From: Squalus acanthias
Lineage: Eukaryota
Length of the DNA: 64,000 nucleotides
Direction of reading: 5' to 3'
Assembly: GCA_030390025.1 (NCBI GenBank)
Contig: CM059432.1
Coordinates: 88,414,001 to 88,478,000, forward strand
The notes under the pieces were generated by a model. The model had not been told where the DNA came from. It saw only the letters and a program-made list of their open reading frames with translations, and made no database searches. Below, piece by piece: positions 39,101 to 51,100 of the stretch; the first letter of the stretch is position 1; each line of letters opens with the position of its first letter. The position numbers and the translations under genes were made by a program.

Positions 39101-42100
39101 GAAGGATATACTTGCCATAGAGGAAGTGCAAAGAAGGTTCACCAGACTGGTTCCTGGGATGGGGGGATTGTCCTATGAGGAGAGATTGAGTAGACTAGGC
39201 CTATATTCTCTAGAGTTTAGAAGAATGAGAGGTGATCTCATTGAAATATACAAAATTCTTACAGGACTTGACAGGGTCGATGCTGGGGAGTCTAGAACCA
39301 GGGGTTACAGTCTCAGAATAAGGGGTCGGCCATTTAGGACTGAGATGAGGAGAAATTTCTTCACTCAGAGGGGGGTGAATCTTTGGAATTCTCTACCCCA
39401 GAGGGCTGTGGAGGCTCAGTCGTTGAGTATATTCAGACAGAGATCGATAGATTTTTGAATATTAAGGGAATCAAGGGATATGGGGATGGTGCAGGAAAGT
39501 GGAGATGAGGTAGAAGATCAGCCATGATCTTATTGAATGGCGAAGCAGGCTCGAAGGGCCAAATGGCCTACTCCTGCTCCTATTTCTTATGTTCTTATGT
39601 TCTTATTTTTTTCATTACTGTTATTTTACTTCTGTTGCTTACATTAATTTTGTTGAGTCCCTGTTCCTGATTCAATATTAGTTTCCTTGGGATAAATAAG
39701 TAAAATAGTTAATAGTCCACACAACACAACACAGAAGGATCTGAGGACTACTCATGGACATTTTCTGGGACTTATACTCTATTCCTCTGGCTATACTCTC
39801 TAAGATCTTTGCTTTCTTTACAGTTGCTGCACACTATGCTGACAGTTTCAGTAACCCATCCACGAGTACTCCTCAGATCCTTCTGTGTTGTGTTGTGTGG
39901 ACTAATAACTATTTATCTTATATTCCCACTGCTTACTCCCCTTCCCTAGTCTGATGAATTTGCACTAACATTAAACAATACTGTCAATCCCACTTTGTAA
40001 ACTATCCAATTCTCTCTGTTTTTGGTCCACTTGTCTTACTTGCAACCCCCCTACCCTCTTCCACTGCCAACGCCCCCCACCTTCCTGTCCCCAGCCACAA
40101 GTCTTGTATTCTCAGCAAAACTAGGTAGTTTTGTTTCTGACTCCACTTCCAAATCACTTATATACATTGTGAACAGTAATGGCCTGAGTACTGATCCCTG
40201 AGACTGCTGGTTACCTCCCATCCTTGTTGATGCAATGCCATGTATAGCAGTTGAATACTATGAATACATATAGCCATAACAATATAGCGTAAGTCTACAT
40301 AAATTACGTTAAGGCCTCAGTGCACTTAGACCATTCTTTGGATACTCTGTCCAGTTTTGGCTACCATGCACAAAAAAGGTATACTGAGTAAAGTGAAACC
40401 AAACTAAACCCAGGTGTAAAAGGGTGAGCTATGATGAAAGATTAGAGAAACTTAAGTGATACAGTCTAGAAAGAAGGTGTTTAAGAAGGCACCTCACTGA
40501 AGTAGGAGGCTATGACTGAGTTGTGTCCCCTGGGCCACAAAGAGAGATGGCACTATCAGTGGCCGGCAAGCTCACCGCTCCCCTCAACTTTGATGCCATT
40601 TGATGTGATCATTTCAAGAACTATAGGGGAAATCTCAAGATGTAGACATTTTATTTCCCTTTTGAGCAACTGATATTCCTTTCTAGACAATGAAAGAATG
40701 ATGTAATGATGCAACAAAGAGGGTGAAATTCAACTTCAGAGGGGGTGAAAAACAGGCAGTAGAGAATTGGCAGTCCGCTATTCACCCTGCCTGATTTTCC
40801 TTTCCATTCGCTTCAATGGAGAGGATAATCAGGCGGGTGTATAACAGGCGGCCAATCTGCTACCCCCCGTTTTGCGCCCTTTGTCGAAGTTGAATTTCAC
40901 CCCCAAAGTGTCCAAAGAATAGAACACGATTCCTTCCTTACATATTCATAGGTGTGTCTACCCCGTTAATAACCAGAGTCGCAACACCCTTCTGACTCTG
41001 TCTCCCAGATAAGTGAACAATTTGTTTCTCCTATGGCATGAGCTATTTCTGGTTATAGTATCTACCATTTGTTCCATAGTGTCCCCTCTTGTTACATGCC
41101 AGTTTTGAACTTAAACATAAGAGCAGTGAAGATTTAGGCAGGTGATTGGCCCATGGAGGCTCCTTCATATGGTATATGCTCTTTCCCATAGTTGTATATG
41201 TAATGGTATTTGCATATCTACAGTATTTCACTTCCAGTTTACTTGACTTACTACGTCCTTGCTCATAATGTTCTGTCAGTGCTGCAATTTAGGAATATAT
41301 ATCTGCTACTTTTTTCATTTTTATGTGTATCCTCTGCTGTTAATTTATAGTGATATTAATACTTTACCTTTATGTTCTTCTTTAAGTTCTGCACTTTAAT
41401 CTGGAGCTCCCACTAGCTCCTCCAAGTCATTCAGATCAAATAGACTCCTTCCATGACATACTGCCATACTTGTTGCCTTTTTTGGATAGTCGGGGGCCAA
41501 CCTCCATTCTCATGTTTGTCCATTACAGCTGTTGCCAGTACATCCAACCTGGTCATTTAAACTTGACATTGAGGCATTTTGCACAATTATTGCACGCTCC
41601 TAAGATGCAGTAACACTCCTTTTGGCATTTGTAACAGTTAAGTGACTTATTAACTGTTTGAGAAGTGTTACAAGATCATTATAACAGATGTGTCATAATT
41701 GGCTTTTTTTTTACAATTTCCACTAACTGTACCACATTCTTAGAAATCATAACATTTTAAACTAAGCATTCCTGCAGTTTCAATAGCGGGACATAATTTT
41801 TTTTAAGAAATGGGCATGCCTCCTGTTTTTCTTGAACTGAGAAAAATCTAGGTCTAAATGCTGGGATTAGAGGGTTAACGTACTGCAGGGACGAGCTCCA
41901 AGTGAGCCAAATGGTTTTTTCTCACTCTTGATTTTTCTTATGTCCTTGTGTACCACAGGCCTGCTGTTGCTTGTGTAAATGTGTTCCAACATGAGCCATG
42001 ACCTTCAAGAAAGGAGGAAAATAGAGAGGAAAATAACCAGGAGGGAAATGAGTGAAACAGCAATACTGATTATTCTTGTTTAGATGAGTCGCTGTGTTTA

Positions 42101-45100
42101 GAAATAGGGAGCAGGAACTTGACATTTTATCTTTTTCAGTTTCAGAACTTAACTTTTTAAAATCCTAATGACAACTCTGACTGTGTGTTCTGGTTCATAG
42201 TTAGTTAAGAGTTTGCTATATGAACCCTCAGGTTTAATCGGCAGTGTGTTGTTGACAAAGACAAGAGGAACCAGTGCAGATATTGCAGATTGAAGAAATG
42301 TTTTCGAGCTGGCATGAAGAAAGAAGGTAAGACTGGCAAAAGATGATCAATTGAATCAATGGCCTAGAATTTCCTTGAAATGACTTGCACCACTGTTGCA
42401 CCTTTAAGAAAAAAAGTGTTGTATCTACTGGTGGCCTCTAGAGGAAGATACATATGAGTTTCCTGGGTCTCTTACTTGCATTCCCATTGGTCCAGGTATT
42501 GGTATAAAACAGGTGTAAGTAGCTGAACTACCTGGAAACTTCTATGCAGCCTTTACAAACATAGTTCAGCCTTAACTCTTCAGAAGTGGAATGGGGACAA
42601 ACAAGTAAGAGAGGAACAATGCTTGGCTCTTTCACTTCACTCGTGAAGAAGTTTATTTCATGGCTTATCAGTATTTTTATTACAGTTGTACCAGCTGTTC
42701 CCAAAGCGCAGCAGGGCATGGCACCAAGCCAAAGAATAAAAGAATGCACAACTTCACTCATTCAGACCCCCAAGCCTTTCTGGAGGACACTGAAGGCAGG
42801 ATGAACAGGCTCCTGGGTGGGTGCCACCAAGTAACCCAGAATTATGAGGTGTGCCACCTGGAGGGAGGTGGCACCAGCACTGACTGCCAATTCTGTCACC
42901 CCCCGGGACTGCAGAACAATGCTGCAAAAAGTTCCACATCCTCAGCAGGGCTGGCAGAGTAACACACTAGACACTCGCCATTTTCTTCCTTGCCCACCCT
43001 AGGCATGATCACACTTGTCAATCTCTCAAAGCAACATCTGCATAACTAATCCTTCACAATGCTCTCTGGTTAAGGAGGGGCTCCAACTCAGCATCTTGCA
43101 CTATGGCTACCCAGCTCCCCTCACAGCAATTACTTATATGCACAACCCAAATCCCCTTCCTCCACTTCAACAGCATCATAACCCCATATCTCTTCACCTC
43201 TCTCATGCCACTTGGCACATACTCAACTACCAGCCTTACCCTCATTCACTATATCTTCTTGTAGGACAATTTGGCACACAATGCCCATCAAAGGCAGGCC
43301 ACCATAGGGGCATTTCCACCTTTAAACCCCTCACCGCAGGTTACTGACTGCCATTGTCACCTTGGCATCCCCGTGAAACATCACACAGACACAACATTCC
43401 AATCCCTTCTTGATTTCCTGAATCCCAAGGGAGTGATGCTCAGTCACTCTTGGCTTCTTCCTTCCTTTTTTGCAGATCCACCACAGTAATGGATGGCACA
43501 GGAGGAGGAAGATGGTAATGATGATGATGAAGAAAAGGATTATGAGGATGAAGTCACCCAGGGTTCGGAGCTGCATGACCCTGGTGTCCCTCTGGATAGC
43601 AGCACATGCCAAGCCTCCAGCATTCCCCTCAGCACTGCACCGGTGGATCATGCGAGGTGGTGCTAAGCTGCCAAGGAGCAAGCTCAGGCCCATGAGCCCT
43701 TTGTAGAGCATGATCCTAGCCCTTAGAAGGCAGGGGAAAAAAACAAGAACAGTTGCCCATAGGGAATGCTATACCTGCCTCTGAGAAGCCCCAATGGCAG
43801 GTAGGGAGTGGGGTGTGTCTGTAAATCTGCCGGTGGTCTGACCCTGTGAGAAGCAGTCTAAAGCAAGTGCAGGTGGCGGTAGGCAGAATGGCAAAAAAAT
43901 ATGAATTAAAAATTCTCCAGCCTCTTCTGTTTCAGGAACTCCTCACTTTCATCTTAAACAGCTGATCCTGACAGTTGCTGCGCCTCACAGAACCGTGTCT
44001 AACTTACCCCGGGTGCATCAGCAGTCAAAATCCAGGAAACTTGATGGTGCTTTGCCACTGGCTCTCAGTTTGACATATTCAAATGAGGCCAGTGGTGACT
44101 TGGCAGGCGGATTGTGGCCTGGAGGTCAGGTGTAGCCAATCGCAGCACTCCCGATCTTCTGGCCATGAATTCCAGGAGTGCAGTGAAGCAGGCACACTGA
44201 TTCCTGATCTGCGCTGTCATCGAGTGACACTCCCTGCCTGAAATAGAATCTTGAATTTTGAGGCTTTAGAATCCTGGGCCCATTAATTACATACAAACTT
44301 TCATCTGTGTCCAAGGCCTTTTTGATAGCGTTCAAAAATATAATGTGACCAGATAGTTTTCAGAAATGGCTGAACAGCACATTACATATCTGTTGTATTT
44401 GCGGTCTACCAAATACCCTTTTATTATTGATTATGTTGCATTGTACTGGTATATCATACAAAATGGTTAATACAGTAATATTTTCTGAAGTTGTTTAATA
44501 CAGTTCAATGCCTTCCACTCTGGGTAATAAAATTGTATTTGAAGGCCAGATGTAAATGTATGTTGTATTGTAATGTACTGGTTAAATATAAATGTGGAAA
44601 GTATACTACTGAGCTGGTATAAACAGCTGCCATAAACCTTAACCTGTGAAACTGTTTATTTAACTTTAAATACTACAAACCAGTACACCAGTCGATCAGT
44701 AGGTATTTGGAAATAGATTGGAATTCCAATAATTGTATAAATTGAGTTTAATGTTTAAAAGAAATAAAATCTTATTAAAAATGAAGATTAATTTGGGCTT
44801 TTAGACAAATTGAAAATAAGCCAAGCCATGAAATGTGAATGTAACCCTGACTTTCTTTTTATCATTCTTGATTTTGCGCAATAGATCGGTCCTTTATTAA
44901 CTGCTGGACTGATACATCTTCTGCACTATTTCTTGCTATATGTAGACAAGTTTCATGTTTGAAAATCTACTTCACTTTACTGAAAAGCTTTTTTCAATAT
45001 GTAATGTCTTTTATTTTAAAATACCACAAAAGTATTCTTTAAATGCTTCATCTTGGTTACAAAGTTAGCCTAATTTGTTTCAATTAAAATAAGATAGTTA

Positions 45101-48100
45101 AGGGGAGGGTGAGGTGTAGAGCACAACGTGCCTTTTTCCTGTACTAAACAAGTCCTAGTCTCAACAAGTAGGCTGGGCACAAGATTATTTATTGAATGAG
45201 GCTTATCTAACATTCATCTTGTGCCCATGCCACAAGTTAAGAACATCCAGTTCTGAATGGGATAATTCATCTCTTCCTTTGCTGCTGCTGCTGCTGATAA
45301 TACTGTAGTAATGTTATTGCGAAGAACAGGATAGCAATGCTGTTTTTTGTGGATATTTCCCCAGAATTTTAACAGGATAGAACACAGTTAGAGTGCCAGT
45401 AAAATTGACCTTAAACCGTGTTTTAAGCTCTAATGCAAGAATTGCAGAATTATGTTTAACTAATGGTTTTATATAACAAAATGAATATTATGACCAGCAA
45501 AGAGGGACAATATTAGCAGTTTCAAGGAATGGATAATTAAAACACTTTCAGAGCTGGTGGAGCACATAATGTTGGTGATTAGCTCTGTGTGAAGACAGTG
45601 CTCCACATTAGCGGCTGTCAAACCACCTGGGAGATAAAGCTTCATTAGAACTGCATCTGGAGCAGGTTTCTGATACTCAGCCATGTACAAAAGATACTCT
45701 TGATTTCAGAGGGTTCGGTGCTGGATAACAAAAATGTTTCTTCTTTAGCTGTACAAAATGAGCGGGATCGAATAAGTAACAGAAGGAACAATTACGAGAG
45801 CAGCAGCTCACCCTCTATCAACACGCTGGCTCAGGCTGAAGTTCTTTCTCATCAGGTAGAGCAGATAAAGTACAAGACTTTGAATTTCTCTCTCCTCTTG
45901 CTTCTAATTTTCCATTGTTGTCTCCTGCTGCCACGCTTCATCCTTCAGACAGGAAGGAGAGATGATCATGTCAGTTCTCAGTACAAGTGCGGGAATTAGC
46001 CTGAGGGTTCTTCTGATTAGCCACCGTAACTTTGCTGAAAGATCGGCTGAGACCCAGGATGCACGTGCAAACACAGTTTCCATTGATCTTCCATCAAAAT
46101 GACATTGGCCGATTGGGAGCACTCCTGAGGAAATTCCTGCCACTTATTAAACAGGATTTGAAGTAAAACTTTTTCAGATGTAATCTCAGCTTTGAGTAAA
46201 CCAGCCACCTGTGAAGATCTATTGTTTTGACAGAATTGAATTGCTTGGTAATATTTTACTGTATTAAAACAGACCAAGTCATCATGGGCTTTCTAATGGG
46301 GCATTTATATTGTAGGCCATTTAGTGGATCAGTGTTGCTGCCTACTGTTTTGGTAGTTGGAAACAGTGCCATTTATATTATGAGGCAGGCTCCACAGCAC
46401 CAGGAACAAGCTACACAGGGACAAGCACAGTTCTTTTAGTTTGTGTTTGTGACTTGGCACCTGTCCAGTGTATGTTGCCTTAAGGCTGGAGAAAGAATGT
46501 AAAGGCTGGAAAGCACATTACTGCTTTGCTGGCCTATACAGGTATGGCCACTTTTATCTCTGACAAACTGACCGACTTCTGTTTATATTATCATTGCAAC
46601 CACAGTTTCCTCCTGAGGTGCCCACAGAAACTCTCTGTTGGTGGGGCACATGACTTCAATAGACAGCAGCACCACCTCGTTTCTCTCTGTCGCTGACAGC
46701 AGGGTTGTCGTCAATGCCAGGGCAGTAAAGTGAATGTGCTAGAAGAAACTCTGCATGAAGCTCCTTTGTCACTAGAAGAAAGGCACAGCTAGCCACGTTA
46801 CACACATCTTTCTTAATGTGCACACAACATTTTGCTCACAAAGCAAAGAATATATCAAATTACAGTTTGACCTATATACTGTATTGCACTATGAGGGCAG
46901 AATACCAGCATGGAGTTAAATCATTGTGATTTGCTAGCTTAAAGTTGGCACCATAAGATCAACATAATATGTAACTTTTGGAGAAATACACTTGAATAAC
47001 ACACTGTAGCTACTGTGTAAACTGATCATTGTTAATTTATCATATGATATATCAGCCGCTTTTTTTTACTTTTTAAAGTTGGACAATTAATTTCCTCAGC
47101 ATAATTTTGAATGAAATCAGAGGTTTGGCTTATATCATGACAAGGATAAATAGGTGCATTCAATTAATATGCTACATGAGAATTGTTTTTTAACAACACT
47201 TACCAATAAAAATGCATTTACGACAAACAAAACAATGAATCCTTTTTAATGAACTACATTTAAAAAATGGGGAGCTGATGCTCGGTGTTAAATATTTCAG
47301 TTCCAATGCTTTTCACAAAAAGTTAATTAACTTTCAAAGACTTCACGTGGTATGGTTTTATGACATTCTTTACAAACAAAACACTTTTTTTTGGTTGACT
47401 AATTTTTCTGGCTCCATGTTTTATTTTCAATGGTATCATACTACCAAAAACATGAATCTTTTTAAAAGTCAGAAACCTGTTTGCAGGTTCTTTTAAAATC
47501 TCATTGATGGTGGACAAACAACAGGCTGCACATTTCCATTCACATTAGTCACTAGTGGAGCAAAAATAATCTCATTTGGTTTTTTAATTATCTGCATGAA
47601 TGCTTCTTTGGATCGTGTTCTGGGAACAGCAACTGCTTGTGAAAACAATTAACATTTCCTGAGCTGTAATTTAATTTGGTCCCGGTTTTTGTTTCCCAGC
47701 AGATCACCCTCTCAGCTTCTGCAGCAAGCACAGACATTACCACAAAGAAAATTGCTAGTATTAGTGATGTCTGCGAGTCAATGAAGGAACAGTTGCTGGT
47801 TTTGGTGGAATGGGCAAAATACATTCCAGCGTTCTGTGAGCTGCCGTTAGATGATCAGGTAAAGTATGAACACTTCCAAAACGGTCATTTAGCTTTTTAC
47901 TGGAGAGTTTTATATCAACTCATGGCTGAATTGAGTGTGTGTATGCGTGTATGTATTTGCACTCACACATCCATATATGCATATATCCATGCATGTGGAA
48001 TTGCTGTAATCCTGCCTACATTGAAGGACATTTGGGAAGGACCTGGATCGATAGTAATTAAAATCTGAGCAAATTCTGACTGATCAAAACAGCAAGTAAA

Positions 48101-51100
48101 CTTGTAGCCTAGATATTCAACATGATGTACCTATGGTATGACAAATATACTGAGGGTAAGTAATGCTGCTGGCTGCTATTCAATGACTCAACTGTAATTT
48201 TAGTTACAAATTGTATTCTACCTGTCCTTAAAATTTCCAGAGAAAAATTAGGAAAAATAAAGTTGAAGAAATTGGTGCTGTTCCAAGTTCAGCCAACTTA
48301 AAGTGGCCACTCAGCTAAGTTCCTTCTGGAGACTCTGGCACGAGAACTCAAGATTTATCATAGCTAAAGCTGTTAGATAATGGCATCACATAGCTGTGGG
48401 ATCTGAAACTTCAATCTTTGGATACACTGCTCTGCGACGAAGAATCTAATTTTTAATAAACAATAAGTTGCAGTGACTTTTTTCATTAATATAAAAAGAC
48501 TTGCATTTCGAAAGCGCCTTTCACGACCTCAGGACGTCCCAAAGCACTTTACAGCCAATGAAGTACTTTTGAAGTGTAGTCATTGTTGTAATGTAGGAAA
48601 CTAAGTATAATCGGTACATTCCACTAATGAAAGTTTTTCACAAGTAAAAGAATCTCCATAATGTATCACTATTATTGAACCATAAATTTATTCCATGGCT
48701 CTTATCAATTCAACTTCATTGGTCATTCAGTTCATTACAATTTGTGGGATCTTCTTATGTACCAAGTAGTAAAGTGGTATGTTCGTGTAATTGTTATGGT
48801 ACTGGACTAGCAATCTAAAGGTTGTGAATTTAAATCCTACCAAGTTGTGAAATTAAATTCAATAAATCTGGTAATTTATGGGCTAACATCAGGAAAAATG
48901 ATCAAAAGCTGCTAGGTTGTCATGTCCATCACCCCCAATATTGCTGACTGACCAATACACTACATTTTAAATTCTTGTCTTTTTCTATAAACCCCTCCAT
49001 GGCTCTGCTCTGCCCTGTCTCTACAGCCTTCTGTGTATTCCCACTCCCATTGCCCCACCGTTGATGGCAGAGTTTTCAGCCGCCTCTGTTGTAATGTTTG
49101 GAACTTCTCATCCTTTGCACACCAAAGGTTTCCCCCTCTCAAAACCTCCTCAAGACCTAGCTTTTTGACCAGCTTTCAGTCTTCCTTCCTAGTCTTTCCT
49201 TTTCTGGCTCTGTGTCCATGTTCCTCACAATTATTTATGAAGCCTCTCAGAATGTGTTTCTTTATATTAAAGGCACTCTATAAATATACATTGTTGACAT
49301 GCTCTGAGGTGTTTCTGAGAAATGTAATTAGGTGCTGTATAAATGCATACCTTTACTTTTTTTCTCTAAATAGAAAACATAATCAATTTATCCTGTGTGC
49401 AGCCTGATAATAAGTCAGCTTTCTTTAGAAAGATTTTGAGTGAGTCTTTGGATAACTCAATGGGTAAATGTGCTCTGTGATGTGAAACTAAGCCATAGAG
49501 GCCAGAAAGTCAGTGCTGAGTTAGCTGATCTCTGCTGGGGAGTGCGCTCGGTTGGAGAGCTTGGGCAAGGTAGGGGAAAGGTCAGCTATCGTTCTTGCTT
49601 CTGAGTGCTAAGCAGAGATGCTTACTGGAAAGTGCATGTGCAGCTGTTTCAAAGTGGAACTGACCACTGTAGAAACTATCCCTTTATATAAACAAGAAGG
49701 TTTCTGCAGCACAACACCTGTGAGCTGATCTCACTGAACCACTTCGGGAAGCTTGAAATATTAAAGTGGTTAAAGGCTTTAATGGGATACGGTCTTATTA
49801 ACTTAACTCCAATGATGCATAGACATTACTTTGATCGCCAGCGCATTTAAAATGATAAGTTATAGCTAGTGCTGAGAATTCATGATTTTTAAGGACTTCA
49901 TTTTCACTTTTTTTAATTAGTTTATGGGATGTGGGTGTCGCTGGCAAGGCCAGCATTTATTGCCCATCCCTAATTGCCCTTGAGAAGGTGATGATGAGCC
50001 GCCTTCTTGAACTGCTGCAGTCCATGTGGTGAAGGTACTCCCACAGTGCTGTTAGGTAGGGAGTTCCAGGATTTTGACCCAGCGATGATGAAGGATCAGC
50101 GATATACTTCTAAGTCCGGATGGTGTGTGACTTGGAGGGGAACTTGGAGGTGGTGGTGTTCCCATGCGCCTGCTGCCCTTGTCCTTCTAGGTGGAAGAGG
50201 TTGCGGGTTTGGGAGGTGCTGCCGAAGAAGCCTTGGCGAGTTGTTGCAGTGCATCTTGTAGATGGTACAAACTGCAGCCACGGTACGCCGGTGGTGGAGG
50301 GAGTGAATTTTTAAGGTGGTGGATGGGGTGCCAATCAAGCGGGCTGCTTTGTCCTGGATGGTGTCGAGCTTCTTGAGTGTTGTTGGAGCTGCACTCATCC
50401 AGGCAAGTGGAGAGTATTCCATCACACTCCTGACTTGTGCCTTGTAGATGGTGGAAAAGCTTTGGGGAGTCAGAGGTGAGACACTCGTCACAGAATACCT
50501 AGCCTCTGACCTGCTCTTGTTGCCACAGTATTTATGTGGCTGGTCCAGTTAAGTTTCTGGTCAATGGTGACTCCCAGGATGTTGATGGTGGGGGATTCGG
50601 TGATGGTAATGCCGTTGAATGTCAAGGGGAGGTGGTTAGACTCTCGCTTGTTGGAGATAGTCATTGCCTGGCATTTCTGTGGCACGAATGTTACCTGCCT
50701 CTTATCAGCCCAAGCCTGAACGTCATCCAGGGCATGGACTGCTTCATTATCTGAGGAGTTGTGAATGGCGCTGAACACTGTGCAGTCATCAGCGAACATC
50801 CCCATTTCTGACCTTATGTTGGAGGGAATGTCGTTGGTGAAGCAGCTGAAGATGGTTGGGCCTAGGATACTGCCCTGTGGAACTCCTGCAGCGATATCCT
50901 GGGGCTGTGATGATTGACCTCCAACCACCACAACCATCTTCCTTTGTGCTAGGTATGACTCCAGCCAGTGGAGCATTTTCCCCCCGATTCCCATTGACTT
51001 CAGTTTTACTAGGACTCCTTGATGCCACACTCGGTCAAATGCTGCCTTGATGTCAAGGGCAGTCACTCTCACCTCACCTCTGGAATTCAGCTCCTTTGTC

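Larger units (their letters stand above)
36912..40250 (-). mobile_element. Old CR1 remnant (36912-37500 and 39759-40250) hosting later insertions
   Basis: Degenerate CR1 3' sequence on both sides of the younger insertions; reads through when they are removed. Confidence 0.55.

Noticed and set aside
37546..39606. Single CR1 with a twin-priming 5' inversion
   Set aside because: The two parts are different subfamilies, each has its own 3' tail, and the minus copy resumes after 39606; this is nesting.
49490..49680. Conserved non-coding element
   Set aside because: Similar degenerate sequence occurs at ~35540-35720, ~20080-20270 and ~28100-28360, so it is an old SINE-like repeat that I could not name confidently.
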